A DNA stretch of 64,000 nt from Coraliomargarita sp. (GCA_965216325.1 OZ244160.1:2720001-2784000), one strand, 5' to 3'; shown: positions 13,948-26,541, numbered from the stretch's first letter. A program made the numbers and translations. Notes: generated by a model from the letters alone, not told the origin.

Positions 13948-14131
13948 GGCTGACAAAGCTATTGTAAGCGCAAGTTAGACTAGGTCAAGACGCGCGATTG
14001 TTATCGAAAACTGAGAAATCTAGCTGGGGTGTCGTGTGCGCACTTGTGCGTCACTAAGAAGCCAGAGGTCAACATTTTTTGAGTGGTGCATCCACAAGTG
14101 GAGCACCTACGACTTGGTGTCTTTTGCCTTA

Positions 14132-15094
14132 TTACGCGAAGTGCTTTTGCGAAAAGGCGACGCGGTCAGACGGGCGGGACAAAATGCGCTCTTTACGGCT
14201 GAGTCCTTCAATGAGCTTAAGTCGTGTCAGCAGGCCGATGTTGTTTGCGACCTGGATCGCGAGTCCTGGCCGTGCGTTAAGCTCCAGAATGAGGGGGCCG
14301 AGGTCCTTATCTAGCACGATGTCAGCGCCGAGGTAGCCGAGTTCGGTCATTTCGTAGCACTGAGCGGAGAGGTCGACGAGTTCGTCCCAGTGGGGGACTT
14401 CAAGCGTGCGCAGATCTTTACCGGTGTCAGGGTGATGCGTTACAGGTTTGCCATGTTGCACCGCACTGCGGGCTTTTCCGGTTACAATGTCGATTCCTAC
14501 GCCAACGGCCCCTTGGTGGAGGTTGGCTTTACCGTCGGACGATTCGGTGGAAAGTCGCATCATTGCCATTACTGGATAGCCTTGAAATACGATAACGCGT
14601 ATGTCTGGCACTCCTTGATAGGAGAATCCATCAAATGCGTCACTGAACTTGATTGCGTATTCGATCAGTGCCTTGTCATTGCGTCCGCCCAAGCTGTAGA
14701 GTCCGCTGAGCGTATTGTTCACGTGTCTTCGCAGGTCGAGGATTGTGAGCTTATCACCATTGGGTTTGAGGAAGTATTCACCCTCACGGCCAAGGATCAC
14801 GAGGATGCCTTTGCCGGCACTGCCTTGTGAGGGCTTGATGACGAACTGGTTGTGGCCCTCGAGTATTTTCTCAAGTTGTTTTACTTCGTATTGATGGCGG
14901 ATGACCCCGTAGAGTTTTGGCACGTTGATACCGAACTCGGTGGCGAGGCGCTTGGTCTCATATTTGTCGTCGACTCGTGGGTAGAGTTCGCGACGGTTGT
15001 AGCGAGCGATGTAGGAGCCATTGCGCTGGTTCATGCCGATGATGCCACGCTTGTGAAGCGCGCTCGGCATGCACCACTGAAATCCACCAATCAT
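14132..15094 (-). CDS. Alpha-L-glutamate ligase-like ATP-grasp protein
   Basis: GMNQRN, VIKP, GVPDIR, ANLHQGA, ELNARPGL. Confidence 0.9.
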   Translation of the reverse strand: MIGGFQWCMPSALHKRGIIGMNQRNGSYIARYNRRELYPRVDDKYETKRLATEFGINVPKLYGVIRHQYEVKQLEKILEGHNQFVIKPSQGSAGKGILVILGREGEYFLKPNGDKLTILDLRRHVNNTLSGLYSLGGRNDKALIEYAIKFSDAFDGFSYQGVPDIRVIVFQGYPVMAMMRLSTESSDGKANLHQGAVGVGIDIVTGKARSAVQHGKPVTHHPDTGKDLRTLEVPHWDELVDLSAQCYEMTELGYLGADIVLDKDLGPLILELNARPGLAIQVANNIGLLTRLKLIEGLSRKERILSRPSDRVAFSQKHFA

Positions 15095-16659
15095 ACTTGG
15101 CCCTCCGTGTCTTGTTTTGCCATTGGCGCGAAGCGAATGAGCTCAGTCAAACGATAGCCGGAATATTGACCGAGCGAGAGAATCACAGCCAGCACGACGA
15201 GCAGTAACTCAGGGAAAATAAATACCTGATAGCGCAGCGTCGGGTGTGCCATGACTAAATAGGCGAGCACCGCGACAAAGAGGCTGCCGCCGGTTTGGGT
15301 GGCCACTTCCTTCGGGCCGTCTTCTTCCCACAGCACTGAGAGGCGCTCAACGGTCCAAGCCAAAATGATGGTCGGGAACAGGGTGACCGACTGCATGATG
15401 TCGATGTTGAACTTGGTGCCGAAGATACCGAAGCCTACCATGATACCGATCACGACTACCACGACTGCAGAGATGCGTGGCACCAAGAGCAGGTCCAATT
15501 TGGACAGATAGGAGCGCATGGTCAGACCCGCGCCCACGACAATGATGAATAGGCAGATGCCCGGCAGCAGCTCAGTCTTGAGGAAGGCCATGGCCAAGAG
15601 AATGGGCATAAAGGTTCCGGAGGTTTTGATGCCGATGATATTACGTAGGATCACCACGACCAGCGCGCCAAATGGAATCATCAGCAGGAGACGGTAGGAG
15701 TTCTGCTGTTCGATCGAGAGAGAGGTGAGCGAGAAATCGGTCAGACGGTTGTCCATTTGACGCGCGGCTTGTTCCAGGACGAAGTCGGCTGCCAAATCTT
15801 GTTTCGCGACAGCGAAATCGACACGTGCATTGCGGCCACCATAGAGCTCGATGAGGGCTGGGCCACCACGCTGCCATGCGAGCAGTTGTTGGCCAGATTC
15901 CAGTGGTAGCGGATTGCCCCATTCGAATGCTTTGTGTGTCTCTTTCTCTCGATCGATGACGAAGACGATCGGTGTGAGCGTTTGACGTGAGGTGCTCTCG
16001 CCCAGTTTGAGCACGCGCAGAATATGTGATTCGTAGCCAGCCTTAATAATCAGCGTATTCAAGAGTTTGATACGGTCGAGCGGGGTCTTCGCGACATTAA
16101 GTAGGGTCTGGACATTTTGGTTCTCTTCGTTGTCGAGCAATTGAATGAGTTGACTGGTAAAGGTCTCGATGTCGGCCGAGCGTTGCTTGGCTTTTGTAAT
16201 CAGCTCCTCAGTTGCGACGGCAAACTTACCTTCGTCGTAGCGAGTGTCTGGCTCAACGTTCGGAGAGCTTAGGTCGAGTTTGTCGAGGCCCGGTTTTTCG
16301 TAGACGTCGATACGGTAGTAGAGTTCTTGCCAGCCACTCGCGCCTTCTTTGGACCATGTGACTTTGCGGTAGAAGTCGGTTTGGGCGTCGCGTTCCGGGG
16401 CGGAGGTGTAACCAAAGCCTTCCGAAGAAGCGGTTTCTTTCAGAATGCCGAAGTCGGACTGTTCGCCAGGAACGGCGAAGTTCAGCTTGATCGGGTCGCC
16501 CGTCGCACGGAAGGTGATTTTGGCCTCAATCGACCAGATCGAAATCTGTTCTTTGGGGAAGAGGGGATAGCCGACTCTGAAGTGCTTGGTTAGGGCGAGC
16601 CCTAAGCCGACGAAGACCAGACCCAGTATGAGAATGCGTAATTGGACTTTTGCGTTCAT
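15091..16659 (-). CDS. Inactive transglutaminase fused to 7TM domain
   Basis: C-terminal GIKTSGTFMP and GYRLTELIRF; conserved neighbour of the ATP-grasp gene. Confidence 0.85.
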   Translation of the reverse strand: MNAKVQLRILILGLVFVGLGLALTKHFRVGYPLFPKEQISIWSIEAKITFRATGDPIKLNFAVPGEQSDFGILKETASSEGFGYTSAPERDAQTDFYRKVTWSKEGASGWQELYYRIDVYEKPGLDKLDLSSPNVEPDTRYDEGKFAVATEELITKAKQRSADIETFTSQLIQLLDNEENQNVQTLLNVAKTPLDRIKLLNTLIIKAGYESHILRVLKLGESTSRQTLTPIVFVIDREKETHKAFEWGNPLPLESGQQLLAWQRGGPALIELYGGRNARVDFAVAKQDLAADFVLEQAARQMDNRLTDFSLTSLSIEQQNSYRLLLMIPFGALVVVILRNIIGIKTSGTFMPILLAMAFLKTELLPGICLFIIVVGAGLTMRSYLSKLDLLLVPRISAVVVVVIGIMVGFGIFGTKFNIDIMQSVTLFPTIILAWTVERLSVLWEEDGPKEVATQTGGSLFVAVLAYLVMAHPTLRYQVFIFPELLLVVLAVILSLGQYSGYRLTELIRFAPMAKQDTEGQV

Positions 16660-16669
16660 GCGGACTCGA

Positions 16670-17203
16670 TCATTTAGGGGTGATTTTGCTGCGTCGTTTA
16701 CCGAGCAGGTAGCTCTGGTTAACGTCCACTACCGCTTGCCCACGAAGTAGGTTGCGGCCGACCAGAAGCGGATAGGTGTAATTTGCGCGGTCAGCCAATG
16801 AGAACTCTACTTTGGCTTCCTTGTTGTCGATGACGACGGTGAGCTTAACGACGTAACGTTCCTGGCTGTCAAATCCATGGCGTTTGATCTGGGCGACGCG
16901 TGTGACGCGGCGTTCAAGTTCAATGCGTTCCTTGCTCTTAAAGTTAACCAACTTGAATTTGACCCAGCTTTCACTGTCTCGTTCGAAGGGAATGATTTCT
17001 TCGGCGTGAATGGAGCAGGTGGTGGCTCCGGTATCGATACGCGAATCGTAGGCGTAGTCGGAATCTTTGATATAGATATACTCGGTTTCGCCGACCATCA
17101 GAATCTGCTCTTCTGCCGCGTCACTCTGTGCCACTGCCGTGGCCGCTGATAGACAAAAAAAAGGCAGGAGCAGCAACAGTTTGAGACATTGCGGGAGTTG
17201 CAT
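16670..17203 (-). CDS. Secreted retropepsin-like protease (annotated family: ATP-dependent zinc protease, RimK-associated)
   Basis: Signal peptide; [14 protein letters not shown]. Confidence 0.85.
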   Translation of the reverse strand: MQLPQCLKLLLLLPFFCLSAATAVAQSDAAEEQILMVGETEYIYIKDSDYAYDSRIDTGATTCSIHAEEIIPFERDSESWVKFKLVNFKSKERIELERRVTRVAQIKRHGFDSQERYVVKLTVVIDNKEAKVEFSLADRANYTYPLLVGRNLLRGQAVVDVNQSYLLGKRRSKITPK

Positions 17204-17228
17204 GTCCGTATTGATAGCGCAGATACGA

Positions 17229-17254
17229 AAAAGGGCAAGGAGAAGTCCTTGCCC
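17229..17254 (-). terminator. Terminator hairpin downstream of metY
   Basis: GGGCAAGGA-GAAG-TCCTTGCCC with an A-run on its left side. Confidence 0.65.
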
Positions 17255-17283
17255 AGTGTTAAACGAAACGTTGCTGAGATCGG

Positions 17284-18591
<1,308 letters not shown>

Positions 18592-18599
18592 GGTGCTAT

Positions 18600-20234
18600 T
18601 TAATTGGAGTTTGGTCTAGTTGAGTTGTTTACGGGTGTGTCACCTGATCGGCGTTTACGCGTGTTCCGAGCCTCTCTACTTAAGGCGAGCGACTCCATTA
18701 ATTGAGCGGCTTCTTCGATGACGAATGCCTCTTTGTGTTCATCGCGAACCAGTATACGATACTCGCGTAAAGCATTGTTCTTTTGGCCCACTTTCACGTA
18801 GTAGCGAGCCAAGAGCAGTCGCTCGTCATAAAGCTTTGGATTCAATTCGATGATAGACTCCAGCATCTTGATAGCTGGCTGCAGTTCTGTATCTGCGACG
18901 TCATCACTCAGTGTATACTCGAGCAGGGCTACTTTGGAGCGCCAAGAGTCTGGCCACTGTTCTGCTTGGAGGCGCCACATTTCAGCAGGCTGCCCAAGCG
19001 CATAGCTCCACGAGCCACTGATGAGCACTTCTAGGGTAAGCACCAAGCTAATCGCAACATACCAAAGGCCTTTTGCTGCAAACTCTAATTTAAGAACTAG
19101 ACTACGGGAACCGGTGACGATCAACGCGAGTAGGGCGGGTAGCGCGACGTAGAAATGATGTTCTTCGTGCGCCTGTATCCCATCGAAATTATATCCGAAA
19201 CTAAATAATGCTGGCAATAGGAGTGCGAGAAATGACGTAAGGCCTAGCAATAATCCTCGGCTCCAGCGTTTTCGGAACTGAAACAAGGCGAGAGCATAAA
19301 ATGGCAACAAAACGCAAAATGGCAGTAGGTTTGCTTCGATGCTGTGGGATTGCAGATTGCTGAAGTCGTAGGGGTAAAACAGCGCAGGTGTCGCAGATCC
19401 GAGTGAGCGTCCTAGGTAGAAAAATAAATTCTGGCCGGCATGAGTGCTCCATTCTGAACTGTTGCTGAAGTGCTCGCTTGAAGCGCTTGGATCCGGTGCA
19501 TTGTGCACCCAGGCAGCAGTTAGTATACTAATACATAATAGCGGTAGGACTGCATTGAAGTCATGTGCATGAATGTCATGGCTTTTGAGGTATACAATCA
19601 GGCCGAGGATGATCGGAATGGCTGCAGCTGAGGGGTGTAGCACTCCGGCGATTACGGTGAGGGCGAGTGCCAGAGTATAATCGAGTCCGTGCCGGATACG
19701 TATTCCAAACCGCAGGGCCAATAGGATGAATATAAGACCAATCAGTTCATGCCGATAGCCCCACATAAAAAGTGTTTGTGTGAGTGCGGGGTGGAGTGCG
19801 AAGACCAAGCTGGTGGTATAGGCACCCGGTAGTTTGAGTGCTTGAAGCACATGGAGCAGCAGTAAGGCTGCACTCAAGTGCAGGCATAGGTTGATTAAAC
19901 GGTGAGAGAATGCTGGATCCAGTGGTATCAAGCGCTCAAGGAAATAGCTGCTTACGCTAAGTGGGTTCTCGCTACGAATAGCATCGAGAGTCCACGCATC
20001 TTGCCAGCGCTCAATGGATTGATACGTGCTACGCTCTACAATATCATGTTCGGACCAGAGAATTGGGGATTGTAACATCGACCCAAACACTCCGAAGACG
20101 GCCACGATAAGCATCAGGTGAGCAAATAGGCCAGCACGCTTATAGGTCCGTTCGCGCTTGTTACGACACCGTGTTTCCTCTTCGGGAAGTGCCGTGGCAG
20201 GTTCTGTGGTTGAAGTCGTCACAGCTTGAATCAA
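18600..20234 (-). CDS. Multi-pass membrane protein with C-terminal TPR-like region (TMTC/GT-C-like)
   Basis: NLCLH..., VFALHP, many TM segments, helical C-terminus; start codon uncertain. Confidence 0.6.
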   Translation of the reverse strand: MIQAVTTSTTEPATALPEEETRCRNKRERTYKRAGLFAHLMLIVAVFGVFGSMLQSPILWSEHDIVERSTYQSIERWQDAWTLDAIRSENPLSVSSYFLERLIPLDPAFSHRLINLCLHLSAALLLLHVLQALKLPGAYTTSLVFALHPALTQTLFMWGYRHELIGLIFILLALRFGIRIRHGLDYTLALALTVIAGVLHPSAAAIPIILGLIVYLKSHDIHAHDFNAVLPLLCISILTAAWVHNAPDPSASSEHFSNSSEWSTHAGQNLFFYLGRSLGSATPALFYPYDFSNLQSHSIEANLLPFCVLLPFYALALFQFRKRWSRGLLLGLTSFLALLLPALFSFGYNFDGIQAHEEHHFYVALPALLALIVTGSRSLVLKLEFAAKGLWYVAISLVLTLEVLISGSWSYALGQPAEMWRLQAEQWPDSWRSKVALLEYTLSDDVADTELQPAIKMLESIIELNPKLYDERLLLARYYVKVGQKNNALREYRILVRDEHKEAFVIEEAAQLMESLALSREARNTRKRRSGDTPVNNSTRPNSN

Positions 20235-20246
20235 TGGCGTAGTCAG

Positions 20247-20759
20247 TTATTGAAGTGGGTATCGATCTGTTTTGAGTCCGCGTGCTTCAATCGCTGAACG
20301 GAGTGCTTCCATCTCCAGTTGTGCGCCGAGCCTGACTTGATTGCGTTCAAACCAGCCGCGATTCATTTCGATCACGATGACGACTTCCTGGGAGCGTGAG
20401 GGCACCGCGACTTCATCGTAGGGATACAGCTTATGCAGCTCTAAAAGAGTGCCACTGGCATCTAGATAAGCGAGATCGAGTGGTATACGTGTATTACGCA
20501 TCCAGAATCCGCGTGGGGCAATATCCTCGAAGACGAAGAGCATGCCGTGATCGGGGTCCAAGCTTTCACGATACATCAGCCCCTTGGAGCGCTCTGCTTG
20601 GTGGAGCGCAAGTTGCAGATGTAGGGTCTTATCTGCCAATTGTATGGGGAAATAGGTGCTTGGAGCCTGGCGTTCAGCTTGGATGGGCTCCTCGGTCTCA
20701 TTACAGCCACTAAACAGTGCAATCAGAATCAGTAAGGGATATACGCGTAAAATGTTCAT
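20247..20759 (-). CDS. DUF192 family lipoprotein
   Basis: Lipobox FSGC; GLMYR, GMLF, FWMRNT.IPLD. Confidence 0.88.
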   Translation of the reverse strand: MNILRVYPLLILIALFSGCNETEEPIQAERQAPSTYFPIQLADKTLHLQLALHQAERSKGLMYRESLDPDHGMLFVFEDIAPRGFWMRNTRIPLDLAYLDASGTLLELHKLYPYDEVAVPSRSQEVVIVIEMNRGWFERNQVRLGAQLEMEALRSAIEARGLKTDRYPLQ

Positions 20760-20833
20760 GAGACTGTGTTCGACTGGATCGAGGCGTGACAGCAAGGGTA
20801 ATAAAGCGAAAATACATAGAGAAATCCTACACG

Positions 20834-21979
20834 ATGAAAAGTAAAACCTCTGTGCTTCGCCTTCTTTATGCAGCTTCCGAACAGTCTGCAGACCTCTTCT
20901 ACTTAGCCGGTGTTTTTGTGCCGGACCCGTTTATTGCGCTGGTGCATCAGGGGAAGTCTTTGGCCGTGGTCAGTCAGTTGGAATTTACACGGGTTAAAGC
21001 GACCTCGAAGTTCGACGAGGTGCTGCTTTTAGATGCGGTCAGGCGCGATGCGGCGAAGGCCCTGCGCTTGGAGTCGGCGAAGGTGGGCACTGCCGAGATG
21101 ATGTATCATTTGATCAAACGGAGCAAAGCGCGTCTGGTCGAAGTGCCAGAGGCCTTTCCCGCCCTATATTATTCGAAACTACAGGAATTCGGTGTTCAAT
21201 TAACGGTCGGCAGTGATCCGTTTTTTGCTGCGCGTGACTGTAAGAACGACGAGGAGGCTAAGGCTATTCGTGAGGGGAATGCTGCCAGTGCGGCGGGGAT
21301 CCGAGTTGCTGAGCAAGTGCTGCGGGACTCGGTTATCGAGGGCAAACGCCTCAGATATCAAGGCCGCACGCTCACCTCAGAGCGACTGCGTTGCCTGATC
21401 GATCAAGCTTGTTTGGCTAAAGGGGCGATTGCGCAGAATACCATCGTCGCTGGCGGTAAACAGGGCTGTGATCCACACGAAGGTGGGCATGGCCCATTGA
21501 AACCGAACGAGCTGATCATCGTCGATGTCTTTCCACGCGTGCAAAAGACCGGATATCATGGAGATATGACACGCACCTTTTTGAAGGGGCGCGCAAACGA
21601 GGCGCAACGTGCACTGGTCGCTGCAGTCCGCAAAGCGCAGCAAGCCGCTCTTCAGCGTGTAAAGGCCAGTGTGACTGGTGCTAAAGTGCATCAGGCTGCA
21701 TGTGATATCTTCAACGAGCAGGGCTTCGTCACCGAGCGCCGTGGGGATACTTTTGTCGGCTTTATTCATTCGACGGGCCATGGCCTCGGTCTTGAAGTGC
21801 ATGAGTCGCCACGCGTTTCTGTCGGGGCGCCCCGCTTAAAGACCGGGCAGGTTATCACGATTGAGCCAGGTCTTTATTATCCTGAGATCGGAGGCTGTCG
21901 AATTGAGGACGTTGTGCGTGTCACGAAGGGGGGCAGCGAGTTACTATCGTCCTGCCACTATCGTTGGGAGATCAAGTAA
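20834..21979 (+). CDS. Xaa-Pro aminopeptidase (M24 family)
   Basis: GDMTRT, HSTGHGLGLEVHE, TIEPGLY, GCRIED. Confidence 0.92.
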   Translation: MKSKTSVLRLLYAASEQSADLFYLAGVFVPDPFIALVHQGKSLAVVSQLEFTRVKATSKFDEVLLLDAVRRDAAKALRLESAKVGTAEMMYHLIKRSKARLVEVPEAFPALYYSKLQEFGVQLTVGSDPFFAARDCKNDEEAKAIREGNAASAAGIRVAEQVLRDSVIEGKRLRYQGRTLTSERLRCLIDQACLAKGAIAQNTIVAGGKQGCDPHEGGHGPLKPNELIIVDVFPRVQKTGYHGDMTRTFLKGRANEAQRALVAAVRKAQQAALQRVKASVTGAKVHQAACDIFNEQGFVTERRGDTFVGFIHSTGHGLGLEVHESPRVSVGAPRLKTGQVITIEPGLYYPEIGGCRIEDVVRVTKGGSELLSSCHYRWEIK

Positions 21980-22004
21980 ACAAACTTGGCGGAGAGGCAG
22001 TGCG

Positions 22005-22364
22005 CTAGGATGCGCGGTCCAAGCGTTGTTGCAGATCCTCTTCGTCTTGCTCAACACGAGCTTCGCGCTCGGTTAACTCCAGACTTCGGCGAACGAGTTC
22101 ATCTTCACAGTGCTCGATGTAGGATTCCCGTTCATTGAGCTCTGCTTCGCGTTGATCCAGTTGCTCTTTAATCGTAGCCAGTTGCTTCTCGGAATGTGTA
22201 AGTTCTCTGGGGGCTGGTTTCGGTTTTCTATCAAACGAACCTTCCAGAGTGTGACCGGGAGAAGAGACGCCTCTAGAATCCGGCATTTCCAATTTCAGCA
22301 CCAGTTTACGAGTCTGCGGTCGTGGTGGCGGTGGTGGTAGCTTGCGAGGGTCGAAGTTATTCAT
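22005..22364 (-). CDS. Hypothetical coiled-coil protein
   Basis: Pro-rich N-terminus, E/R-rich helical C-terminus. Confidence 0.65.
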   Translation of the reverse strand: MNNFDPRKLPPPPPRPQTRKLVLKLEMPDSRGVSSPGHTLEGSFDRKPKPAPRELTHSEKQLATIKEQLDQREAELNERESYIEHCEDELVRRSLELTEREARVEQDEEDLQQRLDRAS

Positions 22365-22586
22365 CGCAGTTATAAACTTAGCCTATAATGCGCGTGAATC
22401 TAGGCCTATACGAAGCCTCCTCCTTCTTTTACATCTTTCTTATTTAATTCTACGTTATTGAATTCACCATCAAGCAGAAACGCCCCTGCTTTTGTCTGCG
22501 TTATACTACGTATAAGTATTTTAAATGTCCTGCATTGTTGTGTAAGGGGCTGCAGTCCAATGGCATCTGTGGTTTTTTTTGTCGGC

Positions 22587-23636
22587 TTATCCGGGCAGTT
22601 GAAAGGCCTCTTTATCGGAGGCTTTCATATAGGCTTCTTGCGGCGAGATGTTACCAGCATCCAATTGCTTACGAATCGAGCTATCCATTAGGCACATGCC
22701 TTGAGCACTACTACTTTCGATGATGCCACGGATTGCGCTGATGCGCCCAGTGCGAATTGTATTGGGCAGGGCGTCGTGTTGGAGTAAGATCTCATGCACG
22801 GCTACTCGTCCTTTGGGCTGTTTTTTGCACAGTAACTGTGAAACGACGCAGCTTAAGCAACCCGCAAGCATCACGCGGATCTGATCCTGTTCCTCAGCTG
22901 GGAAGGCGTCGATGATACGGTCGATGGTTTTCGGAGCGTTGTTGGTGTGCAGGGTGCCAAAGACCAACATGCCCATCGATGCACAACTCAGTGCAAGTTT
23001 GATGGTTTCGAGTTCTCGCATCTCACCGACCAAGACGATGTCAGGGTCCGCGCGCATGGCACCTCTGAGGGCGTTGGCGAAGGATTCACTGTGTTCGCCG
23101 ACTTCGCGGTGCACGATGACACTACGCTTCTTTGGGTGCACAAACTCGATTGGGTCTTCGATGGTGATGATGTGCTTATCAAAGTTGTCGTTGATGTAAT
23201 CGATCATCGCAGCCAGTGTAGTGGATTTACCACTACCCGTCGGGCCGGTTACCAGCACAAGCCCTTCTTTATATTCGCAGACCTCCTTGAGCACTTCGGG
23301 GAGATTGAGTGTGTCGAACGATAGAATTTCCGCAGGGATCTGACGGAAGACCGCAGCCTGTCCCCATTGATTGTGGAGGAAGCTGCCACGGAAGCGGGCG
23401 AGACCCGGAATTTCGTAGGCGATATCGAGATCCAAGTCGTCGAGGTATTTACTCCAACGTGTTTCGTTGACGATTTCGCGCAGAAGTTGCTCCATGCTTT
23501 CGGTGGTCAGCACATCGGCATCGAGTGGAACGATGCGCCCCGAGGTGCGAATCTTGGGTGGTGAACCGATCGAGAGATGTAAGTCAGACCCATCGGCGTC
23601 GAGCATTGCGCGGAGGTAAGTGTCGAGAGTAGCCAT
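22587..23636 (-). CDS. pilT: Type IV pilus retraction ATPase PilT/PilU family
   Basis: SDLH, GPTGSGKSTT, TIEDPIE, VGEMR, GTLH. Confidence 0.92.
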   Translation of the reverse strand: MATLDTYLRAMLDADGSDLHLSIGSPPKIRTSGRIVPLDADVLTTESMEQLLREIVNETRWSKYLDDLDLDIAYEIPGLARFRGSFLHNQWGQAAVFRQIPAEILSFDTLNLPEVLKEVCEYKEGLVLVTGPTGSGKSTTLAAMIDYINDNFDKHIITIEDPIEFVHPKKRSVIVHREVGEHSESFANALRGAMRADPDIVLVGEMRELETIKLALSCASMGMLVFGTLHTNNAPKTIDRIIDAFPAEEQDQIRVMLAGCLSCVVSQLLCKKQPKGRVAVHEILLQHDALPNTIRTGRISAIRGIIESSSAQGMCLMDSSIRKQLDAGNISPQEAYMKASDKEAFQLPG

Positions 23637-23642
23637 GATTAC

Positions 23643-25136
23643 TTAGCGAATTTGTTGGCGCAGGTGTTCGTTGCGGATGTTGGCGAGCGCGATTTCTGCG
23701 GTGATACGTCCCGCCTGCCAGAGTTCAAAGACGGAGGCGTCCATTTGCACCATGCCGGCACGGCGTCCGGTTTCCATGACATTGCCGAGCCCCTGAGTCT
23801 TACCTTCACGAATGAGTGCCGAAACGGCTAGGTCCTGTAGGAGCAATTCGCAGGCGAGGGCGACGCCGCCATCGGTCGAGGGCAGTAGGCGTTGGCAGAT
23901 CACACCGCGTAAACTCTCGGCCACCATCGCGCGGATCTGTGCTTGTTGCGCGGGCGGGAAGACATCCAGCAAACGATTCAATGTGGTCGCGGCATCACTG
24001 GTATGCATCGTGCCAATCACTAAGTGACCGGTCTCTGATGCGCTGATTGCCATCTCAATGGTCTCCAGATCACGCATTTCACCGATCACGATGATGTCGG
24101 GGTCTTGGCGCAGTGCGCCTTTCAGTGCGCTTTTGAAAGTTTTGGTATGTGGGCCGACGGCACGCTGGGTGATTGAGCACTGCTCGGAGTGGTGAATGAT
24201 TTCAATCGGTTCCTCGACCGTAATGACGTGATCCTCTCGCGTTTGATTGAGGATACTGACGAGAGCCGAGAGTGTGGTCGTTTTACCCGCTCCCACTGGG
24301 CCGGTTACGAGCACCAGACCGTTGTGATAGGCGAGTAGTTCTTTGATACGATCGGCATTGGGAAATCCGAGTGCTTCAAGGCTTGGTGCGGTTGCGGGCA
24401 CAATGCGATAGGTGCCGGCAATGCCGTCGCGGTGCTTCATTAGATTCACGCGAAAGCGTTGGCCCGAATCCAGAGGTAGCGCGAAGTCGTATTCGCCATG
24501 CTGGAGGAACTCGCTCTTTTCTTTTTCAGTCAGTAGTGAGAGATTGAGATGCTCTGACGCTGCAGCCGAAGTAATTTGTTCGGACTTGTATTGGAGAGAC
24601 CGGTTCTTGCGGATAAAGATGCGACTGTCTGCGGATACATGGAGATCGCTGGCGCCTTCTGCGTTGGCTGCCAGGAGTAGTGCGGTCATGCCTTGTCGCG
24701 CGGTGTGCGGATTGACTGTATCGTAGTCCGACGGTGTGATCCATGCGGGACTGGCATCGCTGCTCACATTGAGCGTCGCATGTGCTGACTCAGACTCGAC
24801 TGGAGCGGTTGCTGTCGCTTCTGCAGATACCGCTTGGGAATGTGTGTGAAGCTTGATCTTGGGGCGCTCTGAGATGGGGGGCACACCCGTGTCGTTTTGT
24901 GCTTCAAAGGGATTATAGGCTGCCACTTGGCCTGCGGCGTGTTCTTCGACTGCGGTATTGAGCGCACGCTGCACCGCTTCGAGATCCTCGCTCAAGCCTT
25001 GGTCGAGTATGTCTTGAGCAAAATCAAAGAGCTCAGCAGTGGGGCCAACTTTTTGGCCGAGTTGATAAACGGTTGCGCGATCCAAGATGCCTTGGTCAAT
25101 ACACAAACAGGCGAATAGTTTCAGGTCTTCAGTCAC
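23643..25136 (-). CDS. pilT: PilT/PilU family ATPase with about 150-aa N-terminal extension
   Basis: ASDLH, GPVGAGKTT, IGEMRD, ASETGH. Confidence 0.88.
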   Translation of the reverse strand: MTEDLKLFACLCIDQGILDRATVYQLGQKVGPTAELFDFAQDILDQGLSEDLEAVQRALNTAVEEHAAGQVAAYNPFEAQNDTGVPPISERPKIKLHTHSQAVSAEATATAPVESESAHATLNVSSDASPAWITPSDYDTVNPHTARQGMTALLLAANAEGASDLHVSADSRIFIRKNRSLQYKSEQITSAAASEHLNLSLLTEKEKSEFLQHGEYDFALPLDSGQRFRVNLMKHRDGIAGTYRIVPATAPSLEALGFPNADRIKELLAYHNGLVLVTGPVGAGKTTTLSALVSILNQTREDHVITVEEPIEIIHHSEQCSITQRAVGPHTKTFKSALKGALRQDPDIIVIGEMRDLETIEMAISASETGHLVIGTMHTSDAATTLNRLLDVFPPAQQAQIRAMVAESLRGVICQRLLPSTDGGVALACELLLQDLAVSALIREGKTQGLGNVMETGRRAGMVQMDASVFELWQAGRITAEIALANIRNEHLRQQIR

Positions 25137-25211
25137 AAGCAGTAGTCGGTTCTGACTGTGATGCCTGAAGTGCTTAAAACCGCAAGTATGGATCGTTAAC
25201 TCATGTGATAT

Positions 25212-26306
25212 TTACGCCTGATTTAAGAGATCGGTTTCCTCAGGTTTGGCCAAGTGTATGGTCTGCGTCGGGAATGCGAAGTCGATGCCTGCGGTATTGA
25301 AGCGCTCCAGAATCTGCAGGTTCAATTGCTCGGTGAAATCCATGAAGTCCCAGTAGGCCGGCGGGTGATACCAATAGATACAAAGCAAGTTCAACGAGCT
25401 GCTTTCAAAGTTGTTGAAGTAGACGCGTGGCGGAAACTCGGGATCCATGCCCTCATGGTCTTTCATTAGCTCTTCGAGGATCGCTTTGGCTTCGCGCACC
25501 TTCTCCGGAGGTGTGCCATAGGTAATGCCGATATTAAACAGGCGACGAATGTAGGGCCGCTTGGCGATGTTCCAGATGGTCTTGTTGGCCATCTCACCAT
25601 TCGGGATGGTGACGAGGTGGCCGTCCAAGGTACGAATGCGTGTGGAGCGCAGACCCACTTCTTCGACCGGACCGTCGTGCCCATCGATGTTAATGCGGTC
25701 GCCAATCTCAAAAGGTTTGTCGGCCAGCAGCACCATGGAGCCGAAAAAGTTCTTAATCGTATCTTGCGCAGCCAAGGCAAAGGCCAAGCCGCCAATTCCC
25801 AAACCTGCCAAAATCGAGGTCACTTCCTTGCCACTTAGAATCTGTGCGATTTGCACAATCGCCAAGACGACTACGGTGGCTTTCAGGCTCTTGCTGATGA
25901 TCGGCGCCAGCATGTCGTCCATCTTGCTGGGTGTGCCGGAGGCGCGTCGCACCAGCCACAAGCTCGGTGCATCCACCAGAAAGAAGACGGTCGCAGCGAC
26001 TGCCACAGTAAACAGCACGGAGACGCTCGTCGTGACAAAGTCTTCAGCGGGGCCCAGATCAATTAGGCTTACGCCTGAAAACAAACCCAGAGTGAACGCT
26101 AGGAAGGGCGCCGAACGTGCCACGCCGAGTAAGGCGGAGGCGGTAATCGGTCGTTTCTCGCTCAACTGCTCAGCCCGTTTGTTGAGCAAATACTTGAGTA
26201 GCTTGCCGGCGATCAGGCCGATTAGAATCAGTAGAAACAAACCGCCGATTTTCCAGGCGGTATTCTCACCAATGACTGCGAGTGGTATAAAACTGTCTAT
26301 GTCCAT
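25212..26306 (-). CDS. mscS: Small-conductance mechanosensitive channel family protein
   Basis: GIGGLAFALAAQD, PFEIGD, GLRSTRIRT, FAFPT. Confidence 0.9.
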   Translation of the reverse strand: MDIDSFIPLAVIGENTAWKIGGLFLLILIGLIAGKLLKYLLNKRAEQLSEKRPITASALLGVARSAPFLAFTLGLFSGVSLIDLGPAEDFVTTSVSVLFTVAVAATVFFLVDAPSLWLVRRASGTPSKMDDMLAPIISKSLKATVVVLAIVQIAQILSGKEVTSILAGLGIGGLAFALAAQDTIKNFFGSMVLLADKPFEIGDRINIDGHDGPVEEVGLRSTRIRTLDGHLVTIPNGEMANKTIWNIAKRPYIRRLFNIGITYGTPPEKVREAKAILEELMKDHEGMDPEFPPRVYFNNFESSSLNLLCIYWYHPPAYWDFMDFTEQLNLQILERFNTAGIDFAFPTQTIHLAKPEETDLLNQA

Positions 26307-26486
26307 AACTTCCTCCCGTTATGGACCTAGCAGGTTTGATACCGATTTTGGTTCGATCTGATGAGGTCGGGTGCGATATCCATATCGAACCGCCAAGTGA
26401 TGCTTGGACCGTTAAGGATGCCCCTCCACCTTTCGAAACGCTTAAGCTTACTTCCCGGAACGTTAAAAAAGCGACGTGCAAGAAAA

Positions 26487-26539
26487 GCTCCCCTGCTTGG
26501 TGAGGAGGGGTGGCTCGCGAATGCGAGACGGGGTGGTGC
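26487..26539. repeat. Palindromic repeat, family B (empty homologue of the site occupied by IS copy 1)
   Basis: Reverse complement matches 49403-49469 joined to 51005-51012. Confidence 0.8.
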
Positions 26540-26541
26540 GA

